Source of the DNA: an uncultured Mucilaginibacter sp.
GTDB taxonomy: Bacteria; Bacteroidota; Bacteroidia; Sphingobacteriales; Sphingobacteriaceae
DNA: 58,695 nucleotides
Assembly: GCA_964657505.1 (NCBI GenBank)
Contig: CAZZVO010000001.1
Coordinates: 1 to 58,695, forward strand
Reading direction: 5' to 3'
Part shown: in pieces, positions 8,308 to 19,198 of the stretch
How the letters are laid out: each line of letters opens with the position of its first letter
Position numbering within the stretch: the stretch's first letter is position 1
The notes under the pieces: generated by a model
Database searches by the model: none
What the model was told of the DNA's origin: nothing
Seen by the model: only the letters and a program-made list of their open reading frames with translations
Program-made: the position numbers and the translations under genes

Positions 8308-10728
8308 ATGCTACAACGCTTACTTTTTTTATGCTGTTTAATTTGCTTTGTTTATACGGTATCGGCACAAAATAAAACTTTAATAATTAAAGGGACAGTG
8401 GTCGATTCTGTTAAGCAAACGCCTTTAGGTTACGTAACCGTTGTTTTAAAAGATGCAGCGGGAAAAGCTGTAAAAAGTACGCTGACTAAAGATGATGGCT
8501 CTTTCCAATTATCAACTGTAACGCCTGCAACTGGTTTCCAAATTAACATTGCTTATGTTGGTTACGGCAACAAAATTTTACCGGTAAAAGAAGCATCGCC
8601 AATATTGGATTTGGGGAAGATAAAACTTTCGCCATCAAGCAATCAATTAAAAGAAGTTTCTGTGGTAGCCACGCGTCCGATTTTAAAACAAGAAGTTGAC
8701 CGCATTGCTTATGATGTGCAGGCCGATCCGGAAAGTAAATCGCTAACCGCTTTGGATATGATGCGCAAAGTGCCGATGCTTTCTGTGGATGCAACTGATA
8801 ACATCAAATTGAAAGGCAACACCAATTATAAGATTTTGATCAACGGAAAGGAATCTGCTATGATTGCCCGAAATCCTTCTGATGTGTTAAAAGCGATGCC
8901 GGCAACCAACATTGAAAAGATTGAAGTAATTACCACGCCGCCAGCGAAATACGATGCCGAAGGTTTGGCCGGGATCATCAACATTATCACCAAAAAAAAT
9001 GCCGACCAAGGTTATAACGGTAGCATCAACACACGTTACAATACAGTTTATGGGCCGGGCTTCAATCTAAATGCAACAGTTAAACAAGGCAAATTTGGTT
9101 TTAACGGTTATGTTGGTTACAACGAGCAGAAAAAACAAACTACGGCTTACAATAACATCAGTAACACTTTTAGTCCGGTGCAATCTTTTCTAACACAAGA
9201 TGGAATTAGAATGCAAAATGGCAATAACACTTACGGCAGCGGCGAATTAAGTTATGAAATTGACACATTAAACCTGCTGACCGCAACTTTCGAATCTTAC
9301 AAAGGCACCAATAACCAAAACAGCAATTTGCTTTCTACGCAGTTAAATGGCGATGAATCATTGGCGCAATCCTACAATATTTTCAACAATAACAATTCAA
9401 CTTTTACGGGGAATGGTTTTGGGTTGAACTATCAGCTTGGCTTTAAAAAAAGCAAGGAGCAATTGTTAACAGCTTCTTACAAGTACAATTTATCTGGCTA
9501 CAAGTTTAACACCATTGCGGATATACAACAGCGTTTTCAGTACGATCAGCCCAATTACAATCAGTATAATAACTCGGGAACTAAGGAGCACACTTTTCAA
9601 TTAGATTATGTGCAACCTTTAAAAAAGATCAATATTGAAGCTGGTGGAAAAGCGATTTTACGCAATAATTTTAGTGATTTTATAAGTGATAATTTTGATG
9701 CGACGAAGAACGAATTTATCAACGATCCAACACAAACCAACAATTTTAACTACCAGCAAAACGTGTACGGTGTTTACAATTCGTACCAGTTAAAACTTAA
9801 AGATTGGGTTTTTAAAGGCGGTTTGCGTTTAGAACGCACCACAGTTGATGCCGATTTTTCTTCGGTAGGAAGTTCTTTAAACCGTGGTTATAATAACTTG
9901 GTTCCTTCTGTTTCGGCACAACGAAAGTTTAAAACCAGCAGTATAAATTTGGGCTTTACAGACCGTATTCAACGGCCGGGAATTTGGCAGCTTAACCCTT
10001 TTGTTAACAGATCAAATCCAAAATTTATCACTTCCGGCAATCCGGATTTAAATCCCGTAGTTAATCATTCCTTCGAATTAAATTACAGCAATTTTAAAAA
10101 AGGTTCTGTTAACCTCGGCTTAAATTATTCTTTCGCTAACAATACGGTCGAGAATGTAACTACGATTGGTGCAGATACTGTAACCAGGACAAGTTTCCAA
10201 AACGTTGGAAAAAATAAAAGGCTGGGCTTAGATTTCAATATGAATTATCCTTTGACAAAAAAATGGAACGTAAATATCAACAGCCAACTCTTGCATGTTT
10301 GGTTAAGTGGTACCTATAACGGAATTTTTTACACCAACAAAGGTTTTCAAGGCCAACTATTTGGAGATACTGATTACAAGTTTGATAACGGCATCCGTTT
10401 AAGTTTGAACGTTGGTTTCGACAGTCGTTATGTTTTGTTGCAAGGAAGGGACAATTATTATTTTGGCAACTCTTTTAGCATTTCTAAAGATTTTTTGAAG
10501 AAGAAAGCTACACTTTCTATCGGCGCCAACAATCCATACACCAAGTACCGAACTTTAAACTTCTATACCAAAACCGCCAACTTTGAACAGGTTAATAATT
10601 TTGATATTTACTACCGAAGCATCAACATCAGTTTTAACTACAAATTTGGTAAGCTAAACAGCAGCATTAAAAAGAACCGGCGCGGCATTAGTAATGATGA
10701 TGTGAGCAGCGGACAGTCAAACCATTAA
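8308..10728 (+). CDS. TonB-dependent-like outer membrane beta-barrel protein with N-terminal carboxypeptidase-regulatory-like domain
   Basis: Signal peptide, plug motif IEKIEVITTPPAKYDAEG.AGIINII, C-terminal ISFNYKFG. Confidence 0.85.
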   Translation: MLQRLLFLCCLICFVYTVSAQNKTLIIKGTVVDSVKQTPLGYVTVVLKDAAGKAVKSTLTKDDGSFQLSTVTPATGFQINIAYVGYGNKILPVKEASPILDLGKIKLSPSSNQLKEVSVVATRPILKQEVDRIAYDVQADPESKSLTALDMMRKVPMLSVDATDNIKLKGNTNYKILINGKESAMIARNPSDVLKAMPATNIEKIEVITTPPAKYDAEGLAGIINIITKKNADQGYNGSINTRYNTVYGPGFNLNATVKQGKFGFNGYVGYNEQKKQTTAYNNISNTFSPVQSFLTQDGIRMQNGNNTYGSGELSYEIDTLNLLTATFESYKGTNNQNSNLLSTQLNGDESLAQSYNIFNNNNSTFTGNGFGLNYQLGFKKSKEQLLTASYKYNLSGYKFNTIADIQQRFQYDQPNYNQYNNSGTKEHTFQLDYVQPLKKINIEAGGKAILRNNFSDFISDNFDATKNEFINDPTQTNNFNYQQNVYGVYNSYQLKLKDWVFKGGLRLERTTVDADFSSVGSSLNRGYNNLVPSVSAQRKFKTSSINLGFTDRIQRPGIWQLNPFVNRSNPKFITSGNPDLNPVVNHSFELNYSNFKKGSVNLGLNYSFANNTVENVTTIGADTVTRTSFQNVGKNKRLGLDFNMNYPLTKKWNVNINSQLLHVWLSGTYNGIFYTNKGFQGQLFGDTDYKFDNGIRLSLNVGFDSRYVLLQGRDNYYFGNSFSISKDFLKKKATLSIGANNPYTKYRTLNFYTKTANFEQVNNFDIYYRSINISFNYKFGKLNSSIKKNRRGISNDDVSSGQSNH

Positions 10729-10737
10729 TTTTGATAG

Positions 10738-11088
10738 ATGGATATCTACGGCATCAAAAACTGCAACACAGTAAAAAAAGCGTTGGACTGGCTGAAAGAA
10801 AACCAGATCGATTTCCAATTCCACGATTTTAAAAAGGAAGGAATTTCTGCGGAGAAATTGCAGGAATGGAGCAGTAAAGTTGGCTACGAAAAACTGCTGA
10901 ACAAACAAGGATTAACCTGGAAACAATTGGATGCTGAAACCAAAGATTCTATCACTGGAGAAAAACAAGCCTTACAACTTTTGCATGCTAAAAACAGCAT
11001 GATTAAAAGGCCAGTTTTAGAGTTTAAGGACGAATTGGTGCTGGGTTTTCAGGAAGAAGTTTATCAAAAGCTTTTTTTAAGGCAATAA
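10738..11088 (+). CDS. ArsC/Spx/YffB family protein
   Basis: IYGIKNCNTVKKAL.WL and MIKRPVL. Confidence 0.9.
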   Translation: MDIYGIKNCNTVKKALDWLKENQIDFQFHDFKKEGISAEKLQEWSSKVGYEKLLNKQGLTWKQLDAETKDSITGEKQALQLLHAKNSMIKRPVLEFKDELVLGFQEEVYQKLFLRQ

Positions 11089-11201
11089 ACTCATACTAAA
11101 TACTTTTTCTGCTGATGCTTGGTAACAATTAGTTTACCCGCCCAAATTGAGCTTATTTTTTCTTAATTATGTGTTGATTTTTACAGAAATCATATAGAAA
11201 G

Positions 11202-13289
11202 ATGAGATTAAAATTTTTACCTGCTTGTACGCTGGCTTTGTTACTTACTGCCGATTTTGTTTCTGCACAGCAAACGCCGCCAAATACGCAAACAACAGCT
11301 AATCCAAATGCCGCTGCTGCTGCACGGGCTGCTGGCCGTCAGCGTGCTGTTCCGATAGTAGAACCAAATGCACCTGCCACCCAATATGATTACCATGAAC
11401 TTTGGAAGCCTTTCTTTTATACTAAAAATGGAAGTGAATACAGATCGGCAGATGGCAATCAGGGGCCAAAATTTTGGCAAAACCGTGCAGACTATCAGTT
11501 AGCTGCCAAGTTAAATGAGGAAACGAACGAAATTACCGGTACAGAGGTATTAACTTATACCAATAACAGTCCGCAAAAATTGGGCTTCATCTGGATGCAG
11601 TTAGACCAAAATCTTTTCAAAACGGATTCCCGTGGCGTTAAACAAGTACCTTTAGTAACCGGCGACGTCCAAGGAAGCCGTAACTGGGGCAATGGGCAGG
11701 TGTTTGATGCAGGTTTTAAAATAAAATCAGTTAAAATATTAAGCACGCCGAAAGGAAGTAAAATAACGACGGCAACCGATGCCAAATTCCTGGTTAATGA
11801 TACCCGTATGCAGGTATTTTTACCAAAGGATATTGACCCAACAGGCGGACAGTTGAAATTAAAAATAGAATATTCTTTCATATCCCCTGATTATGGATCA
11901 GATCGAATGGGCATCCAGCCGACAAAAAACGGCAAGATATTCCAGGTGGCACAGTGGTATCCAAGGATGTGCGTTTATGATGACATCATTGGATGGAATA
12001 CCTTGCCTTATACCGGCGAAAGCGAATTTTACTTAGAGTACGGCGATTTTGATATTAATATTACCGCTCCTGCCAAAGATATTGTTGTATGTTCCGGTGA
12101 ATTACTAAACCCGAAAGATGTTTACACACCAGAACAGCAAAAAAGATGGGCACAAGCTGCACAAAGCGAAAAAACGGTATTTATCCGTACTGCCGATGAG
12201 GTAACCAACCCGGCTTCCCGTCCTGCTGGTAAAGCTGACTTAACATGGCACTTTCAAATACGTAATGCCCGCGACGCATCCTGGGGTGCATCCGCCGCTT
12301 TTATTGTTGATGCTGCTAAAATGAATTTGCCAAGCGGTAAAAAGTCGATGGCTATTTCTGCATATCCTGTAGAAAGTAGCAGTGCTACAGCATGGGGCCG
12401 GGGAACTGAATATATAAAAGCTTCGATCGAATATAATTCTAAAAAATGGTTTGAGTTTCCTTACCCAAATGCTACGGGTGTAGCCGGCAAAGCTGGTGGC
12501 ATGGAATACCCTGGTATTGTTTTTTGTAGTTTGCGTGGCGGCTGGGGTGTAATTGATCATGAATTTGGCCATACCTGGTTTCCGATGATTGTAGGCTCTA
12601 ACGAACGTTTATATGGCTGGATGGACGAAGGTTTCAATACCTTTATCAATACCCTTTCAACACAAAACTCATTAAAAGGCGAATTTTACAGGTCGCCAAC
12701 TACTGACGGGCTTTTGCGCAGTTGGAACAATTTTACACGGCCCGAACTTGAACCCATTTTAAGCAACCCTGATAATTTAAAGGAGGCCAATAACGGTACT
12801 TTATTATATAGCAAACCAAGCGCTGGTTTGGTAATGCTGCGGGAGGAAATATTGGGGCCGGAACGTTTTGATTTTGCCTTTAAAACTTATATCAATCGTT
12901 GGGCTTTTAAACATCCGCAGCCAGACGACTTTTTCCGCACTATGGAAAACGCAGCCGGAGAAAGCTTACAATGGTTTTGGAGAGGCTGGTTTGAAAACAC
13001 TTGGCGTTTGGATGTGGCCGTACGCAGTGTTAGATATGTAGATAATGATGCTACAAAAGGCGCAATCATCACAATAGATAACTTAGAAAAAATGGCCATG
13101 CCGGTTGTACTGGAAATTAAAACAGTTAGCGGTAAAACAGAGCGTGTAAATTTTACGGGCGAAATATGGGAACGTAACGTTAGTTGGTCTTTCAAATATC
13201 CATCTACAGAAGCTATCGAATCGGTTACTTATAACCCGGATGGCAAACTGCCTGATTACAATCCAGCAAACAATGTTTGGAAAAAGTAA
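11202..13289 (+). CDS. M1 family metallopeptidase, secreted
   Basis: [14 protein letters not shown]...WMDEG, signal peptide. Confidence 0.9.
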   Translation: MRLKFLPACTLALLLTADFVSAQQTPPNTQTTANPNAAAAARAAGRQRAVPIVEPNAPATQYDYHELWKPFFYTKNGSEYRSADGNQGPKFWQNRADYQLAAKLNEETNEITGTEVLTYTNNSPQKLGFIWMQLDQNLFKTDSRGVKQVPLVTGDVQGSRNWGNGQVFDAGFKIKSVKILSTPKGSKITTATDAKFLVNDTRMQVFLPKDIDPTGGQLKLKIEYSFISPDYGSDRMGIQPTKNGKIFQVAQWYPRMCVYDDIIGWNTLPYTGESEFYLEYGDFDINITAPAKDIVVCSGELLNPKDVYTPEQQKRWAQAAQSEKTVFIRTADEVTNPASRPAGKADLTWHFQIRNARDASWGASAAFIVDAAKMNLPSGKKSMAISAYPVESSSATAWGRGTEYIKASIEYNSKKWFEFPYPNATGVAGKAGGMEYPGIVFCSLRGGWGVIDHEFGHTWFPMIVGSNERLYGWMDEGFNTFINTLSTQNSLKGEFYRSPTTDGLLRSWNNFTRPELEPILSNPDNLKEANNGTLLYSKPSAGLVMLREEILGPERFDFAFKTYINRWAFKHPQPDDFFRTMENAAGESLQWFWRGWFENTWRLDVAVRSVRYVDNDATKGAIITIDNLEKMAMPVVLEIKTVSGKTERVNFTGEIWERNVSWSFKYPSTEAIESVTYNPDGKLPDYNPANNVWKK

Positions 13290-13319
13290 ACGACACATAT
13301 TAATTTACAAGCACAAAAG

Positions 13320-13345
13320 AAGCTTTGGGAAACCAAGGCTTTTTT
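13320..13345 (+). terminator. Intrinsic terminator
   Basis: AAGCTTTGG-GAAA-CCAAGGCTT-TTTT after the M1 peptidase. Confidence 0.75.
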
Positions 13346-13463
13346 AGTTTAATACCAATTGCCACCAATCAACTTATCGTTATCATTGTAAAAAGCAGCA
13401 ATGCTTCTTTTATCAGGCAAAAAATAGCACACAACTTTTAAGCAAAACCAAGGTTATAATTAC

Positions 13464-14147
13464 ATGAAAACCCGCATCATCCTGCTCACTGCTGCTGTTT
13501 GTATATCCGCTGCCAGCTTACATGCCCAAACCGTTTTAAAAGGTACCGTTTACGAAGGCAGGGCGTCCCATAAATTAGCTAACGTTTTTGTACGGGACGT
13601 CAATTCCAAAGAAATCTCGCTTACGGATAATTCTGGTAATTTCAGCATCCGCACGGTGCTTAACCATACACTCGTTTTTTCTTCTCCCGGTTATCTTTCA
13701 GATACTTTATTTGTGGTGGATTTAAAGCCGAAAATGGTAGAACTTTCCTTCAAAGGCATTGCTTTGCGGGAAGTGAATGTTACCTCCAGCCGCACATTTA
13801 ACCCACGGGAAGAATACCCGGATGTTTACGAAAAAAGCAAATTTGCCTTGTCGCCATCGCGGATTTTCGGCAAAGAAAGCAAAGATGCCCGCCGCTTAAA
13901 ACATTATTTTGACCACGAAGCAGATGAACGCCAAGTGGATTCGATTTTTAATGCCGCTTATGTAAGCAGCGTTGTACCGCTAAAAGGCCAGGAGCTGGAA
14001 GATTTCATGTCGATGTACCGGCCATCGCTTGCCTTCCTCAAAAAAACACCGCATTCATCGCTCACTTTGTACATCAACGATTCGTATAAGAAGTTTATGG
14101 CTTTGCCGCCCGATAAACGCAGTTTGCAAAAATTATCTTCGAACTAA
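13464..14147 (+). CDS. Secreted protein with carboxypeptidase-regulatory-like domain
   Basis: Signal peptide, LKGTVY...TDNSGNFSI...LREVNV; similar to 52825-53571. Confidence 0.7.
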   Translation: MKTRIILLTAAVCISAASLHAQTVLKGTVYEGRASHKLANVFVRDVNSKEISLTDNSGNFSIRTVLNHTLVFSSPGYLSDTLFVVDLKPKMVELSFKGIALREVNVTSSRTFNPREEYPDVYEKSKFALSPSRIFGKESKDARRLKHYFDHEADERQVDSIFNAAYVSSVVPLKGQELEDFMSMYRPSLAFLKKTPHSSLTLYINDSYKKFMALPPDKRSLQKLSSN

Positions 14148-14175
14148 ATTAGAAGCGGCAAGGTAAAAGCATTCT

Positions 14176-14706
14176 ATGCGTTATATTGCAAACGAATATT
14201 TTAAGATGATAAAAAAAGCACAGCAGATAAAACCCAACCCAATCGTTTTTCTCTGTTTAATTTTGATGTTAACTGTTGGTATCGGCAGCAAATCATCCGC
14301 ACAAATATTAACTACCGGTATTTTGCCGCAGGATAGGATTATCGGGAAATGGATATCCGAACAAAAAAACTGTATCGTCCAGGTTTATAAAAACGGCGAC
14401 GAATTTGGGGCAAAGTTGGTTTGGTTCGATGATTCGGACGATAAAACCAAACCGATGAACACTCGCACAGATTTTAAAAACCCAAATGTTTCTTTGCGGA
14501 ACCGGAAGCTGATCGGGATGGACGTAGTGGATAATTTAACTTTTAACCCGGCCAGTAACGCCTGGGAAAACGGCTTGATCTATGATGCCAACAGTGGCCG
14601 CACTTGGAGTTCTGTAGCTTCCATGACGAATGAAGGTTTACTGAAAGTTACCGGGTATTGGCATTTTAAGTTTATAGGCAAAACCATTGTTTTTAAAAGA
14701 ATGTAA
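14176..14706 (+). CDS. DUF2147 domain protein (start may be 14206)
   Basis: IIGKW...D.KNP...LRNRKLIG...WENGLIYDANSGRTW. Confidence 0.8.
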   Translation: MRYIANEYFKMIKKAQQIKPNPIVFLCLILMLTVGIGSKSSAQILTTGILPQDRIIGKWISEQKNCIVQVYKNGDEFGAKLVWFDDSDDKTKPMNTRTDFKNPNVSLRNRKLIGMDVVDNLTFNPASNAWENGLIYDANSGRTWSSVASMTNEGLLKVTGYWHFKFIGKTIVFKRM

Positions 14707-14744
14707 ACCTGCATGCTTCTTTTATCCACCTAAAACTTCCCCAA

Positions 14745-15104
14745 ATGATCAAAGCGTACCAGCTAATTACCGGTGCTGATGGGCATTCGCATATTGTAAA
14801 AGGCCACGTAACAGAAAACGTGATGAACGAAGCGGCTTCCATCCATTTTAAAGAAACTCCCGCGGGAACGTATTACGGTTGGCACCCTGCACCAAACACA
14901 CAATTTGTACTTACTTTAACCGGCACTTTAGAATTTACTGTTTTTAGCAGAGAAAAATTTATATTAAAAGCAGGCGAAGTTTTAATTGCCTTAGATACTA
15001 CCGGCAGCGGCCACACCTGGCAAATGCTAGGCAATGAACCCTGGAAACGTGCTTACGTGGTTTTTGAAGTTGGGGAAGATGTTGGTTTTGTGGAGGAAGA
15101 TTAA
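14745..15104 (+). CDS. Cupin-like protein
   Basis: GADGHSH, WHPAP..QFVLTLTG, DTTGSGH. Confidence 0.75.
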   Translation: MIKAYQLITGADGHSHIVKGHVTENVMNEAASIHFKETPAGTYYGWHPAPNTQFVLTLTGTLEFTVFSREKFILKAGEVLIALDTTGSGHTWQMLGNEPWKRAYVVFEVGEDVGFVEED

Positions 15105-15142
15105 GTCCTGCAATATAAAATGCCCTGAGAAAAAACACAGAG

Positions 15143-16240
15143 TTATCTTCCGACAATCCATTTAAAACTTGTTTTATTAAACAGCCTAACCAATAGGAAC
15201 GTAACCGAATACACGATTATGAACCTGATAATTTCATACAAAACAATAATTTGTATGGGATGCTCACGATAATCAAATCCTAAGGGCCTAATTAATAAAG
15301 GCAATACGCTATAAACGATAATATAATGGATGAGGTAAATGCCAAAAGTAGTTTCGCGCGGTTTTAAATATTTGATGAGGTTAAAGTGCCTTATTTTCAA
15401 AAGTAACAGAAATGCCGAAAGTGAATACAGCACATTACTTGCTCGAAGCGTGTTGAATTCGTCTATGCTGTTTAACGCTCGCAATCGCTGTATTTCTATT
15501 ATCGCTAATATAAAAGTTGCCACCGTTGTAAAAATAAATACGGTGATTGGCACTTTTTTTATCCAATTATCTACGACGTTCCACTTGTGGTAAAGCTGCG
15601 CCCCAAACCATAAAAAAAACACAAAGCCAAATAAAGCCGTAGTATGTCGCGGCTCAAACCAAAGTGTATAAATATTGATAGAGTACATAAAAGTGATGGC
15701 TAAAAGAAGCACGCCAAACCACAAGGAATAAAGATATTTTTTAAAGATGAGCAAGACCGTAATACAAATCAGGAAGTTGATGATGAACCAATAATTGGTG
15801 AACAGGAAAACAGTTTCTATAGTATCTGGAAACAAAGTTGGAAAATCCTGTTTAAAAGTTCCGTGAAAACGCAAGCTGCCAATCAGGTTATCAAATAAAA
15901 TTATAAATACAAAAAGCAAAGCCCAAAATAACCAGGGTTTTACCGTATTGGCAAACCTTCTTTTAATGTATTGGCCCGGCGTGTAATCCGTAAATTTATC
16001 GCCAATTAAAAAACCGGCCAGTATAAAAAAAGCCATTGTGCCTAATTTGTTTACCTGCATCATGCAACTGTAAATCCAAAAATCATGCGGATTGGTGGGA
16101 TGATAACTGTTGCCCAGAAAAAACGAATGCTCTGCCACGATACAAATCATGGCGATAGACCGGATGCTATCTATAAAATCATAGTTTCTTTTTGCAGGTG
16201 CAGTATTGACGAAATTTTCGGGAACGCTCATCTTATCCAA
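15143..16240 (-). CDS. Acyltransferase family 3 membrane protein
   Basis: RNYDFIDSIRSIAM...H, FFILAGFL, TFGIYLIH; polytopic. Confidence 0.85.
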   Translation of the reverse strand: MDKMSVPENFVNTAPAKRNYDFIDSIRSIAMICIVAEHSFFLGNSYHPTNPHDFWIYSCMMQVNKLGTMAFFILAGFLIGDKFTDYTPGQYIKRRFANTVKPWLFWALLFVFIILFDNLIGSLRFHGTFKQDFPTLFPDTIETVFLFTNYWFIINFLICITVLLIFKKYLYSLWFGVLLLAITFMYSINIYTLWFEPRHTTALFGFVFFLWFGAQLYHKWNVVDNWIKKVPITVFIFTTVATFILAIIEIQRLRALNSIDEFNTLRASNVLYSLSAFLLLLKIRHFNLIKYLKPRETTFGIYLIHYIIVYSVLPLLIRPLGFDYREHPIQIIVLYEIIRFIIVYSVTFLLVRLFNKTSFKWIVGR

Positions 16241-16344
16241 TTAATATGCTGATCTATTATGGGTTTTTCACCAATGGCATAACCCGTAAATCCCGGCTAT
16301 GTTGCAGGTTTTATCCACATAAAAGAAGTATGCCATAACAACTA

Positions 16345-17283
16345 CTACGCCAATTGCTTTACCAAGGATTCAAAATGGTTCTGGTAGTAATAGTCGTGCG
16401 CGTTTTCTCCTTCGGGGATTACGTGTGCTAAATGATAATAAGCTTCCAATATCCGCGGCGTTTTTAATCCTTCAGCAATAGAATAAGGAAATGACTGGTT
16501 ACCAATAAAAACTTTGCAACCTGCAATCATCTGTGCCAGGTCTAAAAAGTTTTTTACCTGCACGGTTTGTAAATCCGGGATCGCTTTTTTCATGTCCTCA
16601 TATTCTGACTTTACGCCGATAAAAACCACATTTTTATAATCCTTTAAAAACGAATAATTGATGGTGGAGTTGCGGTAGCGTTCGCTTCTCGCCAAAATAA
16701 TTTTATCATTAAAAGAAGTATCTGGCGTTACATCAATCCAAGGTTTCCAAAGTTCGGGCGTAAAACCAGTAACATAACTATACCATCTTGCCAAGTTAGA
16801 ATTATGGAGCGAAATAGTTTTATTGCGAAAAAAATCTAAGTCGATATGTACTTTTTGATTGTTGTAAGCTTCGCTTTTAGCAATATAATCCTGGGCATTA
16901 AGCAACGGAAAAAGCATTTCGGCCATCGGTTGGTTAATCATTACATTTCCCATTGGATGAGAACTGTAGCCAGACATCACCAACTTCTGGTTTAACCGCA
17001 AGTACAAATTAATAGGCACACCAGTTATTTCGAAAATTTTTTTGATAGTTGGCAAAGCGTAAATTACATCACCAGAATTACCGCTGTGTACAATGTTTAA
17101 CAGCTTATCTTCTTTCGCAACCTTTTCGATTTTTTCCTGCGTATCTAAACGGTCTTCACCTGTAAAAAAGTTTAAGGCTTCCTGTTCTGTATAATTTTGG
17201 CGTTCCCATTTGTATTGTTTGTATTGGTTGCGGTCGTGGTATTTTAGCCACAACTTGCTAATCAAATTTCTTTTCTTAAACAT
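16345..17283 (-). CDS. GT9-like glycosyltransferase
   Basis: HSGNSGDVIYALP and IAGCKVFIGNQSFPYSIAEGL; located in the envelope cluster. Confidence 0.6.
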   Translation of the reverse strand: MFKKRNLISKLWLKYHDRNQYKQYKWERQNYTEQEALNFFTGEDRLDTQEKIEKVAKEDKLLNIVHSGNSGDVIYALPTIKKIFEITGVPINLYLRLNQKLVMSGYSSHPMGNVMINQPMAEMLFPLLNAQDYIAKSEAYNNQKVHIDLDFFRNKTISLHNSNLARWYSYVTGFTPELWKPWIDVTPDTSFNDKIILARSERYRNSTINYSFLKDYKNVVFIGVKSEYEDMKKAIPDLQTVQVKNFLDLAQMIAGCKVFIGNQSFPYSIAEGLKTPRILEAYYHLAHVIPEGENAHDYYYQNHFESLVKQLA

Positions 17284-18436
17284 TTTCTAAAGGTTGGTCA
17301 ATATTTAATATCTGCTGCACTTCTTTCCAAACCTGCTCTAAATTGACGTTGGCGATGCAAGGAAAAGGTTCTTCGGCAGCAGTTTCAAACTTACAAAGCC
17401 AGTTGCAATAGTAGCAAGGCATTTTTTCAAATACAAAAACCGGTCGGTTTATTAAGTTATTTGGATAAGGCGCAAAACGTTCGAAATGGCCGCCGCCCAA
17501 AATGGAAACCGCTTTTTTGCCACAGGCAGAAGCAATATGTGCAGCACTGGTTTCATTGCAAATCACCAAAGAAGATTGTGCAATAAAATCAATAAATTCC
17601 GGAACGGAAGTTTTTAAAGTTAAGTTTCTAACCCTTTCTGTTGATAGATTTACACCGATAAAAGAAGCATCGCTTGCAGCATCAGATCCGCCGAGCAAAT
17701 AAATTTCATAGGAAGTGTTTTGCAAGATGAGTTGTGCCAGTGCCAAAAAGTTAGATACCGTCCAGCTACGTTTCAAATTTCCTGCACCTAAACAAAAAGC
17801 AATATAATTTTGAGTTGAAGTTTTTACTGGAAGACTTGGTCCTTTTAAACTAATTGGTTGTTGCAAAACAGTTTCAAAGAAGAAACGGGTGCGTTCAAAT
17901 TCAAAATAAGCCGCAGCAGGAAGTTGAAGCTTTTGAGTATAAAATCGATCTATTTTCTTTTTGATTTTTGGTGCGATGGCTTCAAAATCTCCCTTAAAGC
18001 CAATAATTTGTTTAGCAGCAGTTAATGCAGCCAATCCGTCGTTAATAAAATTGCGGGTGTAACTTGGCTGCAAAACAACAGCATAATTTTGTTTGAAAAG
18101 TTTCCAGCCTAATTTTAAAACCTGCGAAGGTTCATGATAAAGGTTGATCGCTTTTACAAAATAGAAGTTAGAAACAACATTTGCATCGTACAATAAAGCG
18201 ACATCTTGCCACAATACATTTCCAATTAAATCAATCTGATAATCCTGGTATTGATTAGATTTTTTAACTTCTTCTAAAAAGTTTCTGAACAAAATATAAT
18301 CGCCAATGGCATCTGTTTTAATGATCAGGATTTTTTTAGATGGCTTTTTAAATCTCGCCAGCAATTGAAACAAGTAAGGAAATTTAAGCAGGATAAAGCG
18401 CGTTAATCTGAATAAATTCCGGTTCTTTATCGGCAT
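17276..18436 (-). CDS. Glycosyltransferase family 9
   Basis: ILIIKTDAIGDYIL and LVICNETSAAHIASA. Confidence 0.85.
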   Translation of the reverse strand: MPIKNRNLFRLTRFILLKFPYLFQLLARFKKPSKKILIIKTDAIGDYILFRNFLEEVKKSNQYQDYQIDLIGNVLWQDVALLYDANVVSNFYFVKAINLYHEPSQVLKLGWKLFKQNYAVVLQPSYTRNFINDGLAALTAAKQIIGFKGDFEAIAPKIKKKIDRFYTQKLQLPAAAYFEFERTRFFFETVLQQPISLKGPSLPVKTSTQNYIAFCLGAGNLKRSWTVSNFLALAQLILQNTSYEIYLLGGSDAASDASFIGVNLSTERVRNLTLKTSVPEFIDFIAQSSLVICNETSAAHIASACGKKAVSILGGGHFERFAPYPNNLINRPVFVFEKMPCYYCNWLCKFETAAEEPFPCIANVNLEQVWKEVQQILNIDQPLENV

Positions 18437-18477
18437 AAAAGAAGTAATGAAAGCATCTTCAAAACTAAATTAAATTT

Positions 18478-19176
18478 GTGAACCAGGTTTCAGGTATTTC
18501 AATCATCATCGTCACTTACAACGCCGCTGCAACTTTGCAAAAGTGTTTGGATAGTATTTACAGCCAATCTTATCCAAACATAAATATTATTGTGATCGAT
18601 GGAAACAGCACGGACGAAACGGTAGCGATTATCAAAGTAAATGAGGATAAAATTTTTTACTGGAAAAGTGAACCCGATCGTGGGATTTATGATGCGATGA
18701 ACAAAGCCTTACCACACGTTACCAACAATTGGGTTTACTTTTTAGGTTCTGATGATGAGTTGTACCCGGATTTTTCTGTTTTTGCTGAAGAATTAAAAGA
18801 TCAATCAACTATTTATTATACCAACGTGCGGACAAAAAACGTTATTCGTTCCGGCAAATTAGATACTTATAAAATGGCGAAACATGGAATTTTTCATCAG
18901 GCCATAATTTATCCGGCTTCCGTTTTTCAAAAATATCAGTACCAAGAAAAGTATAAAATTTATGCCGATTATGTGTTGAATATGGAATTATGGCAGGATA
19001 AAAGTTACCGATTTTCTTATCGCAATTACATTATTGCGCATTTTAACCACTCTGGTTCTTCGGGGAATATTACAGATGTTGCATTTGATCAGGATAAAAG
19101 TAAATTGATTATAAAAAACTTTGGTTTGCTGATTTGGCTTCGTTATAAAATCAGAAATTTAAAAAGTAGACATTAG
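18478..19176 (+). CDS. Glycosyltransferase family 2 (WfgS-like)
   Basis: ISIIIVTYN, IDGNSTD, SEPDRGIYDAMNK, FLGSDD. Confidence 0.9.
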   Translation: MNQVSGISIIIVTYNAAATLQKCLDSIYSQSYPNINIIVIDGNSTDETVAIIKVNEDKIFYWKSEPDRGIYDAMNKALPHVTNNWVYFLGSDDELYPDFSVFAEELKDQSTIYYTNVRTKNVIRSGKLDTYKMAKHGIFHQAIIYPASVFQKYQYQEKYKIYADYVLNMELWQDKSYRFSYRNYIIAHFNHSGSSGNITDVAFDQDKSKLIIKNFGLLIWLRYKIRNLKSRH

Positions 19177-19198
19177 TTTTTAGGCGATAAAAGAAGCA

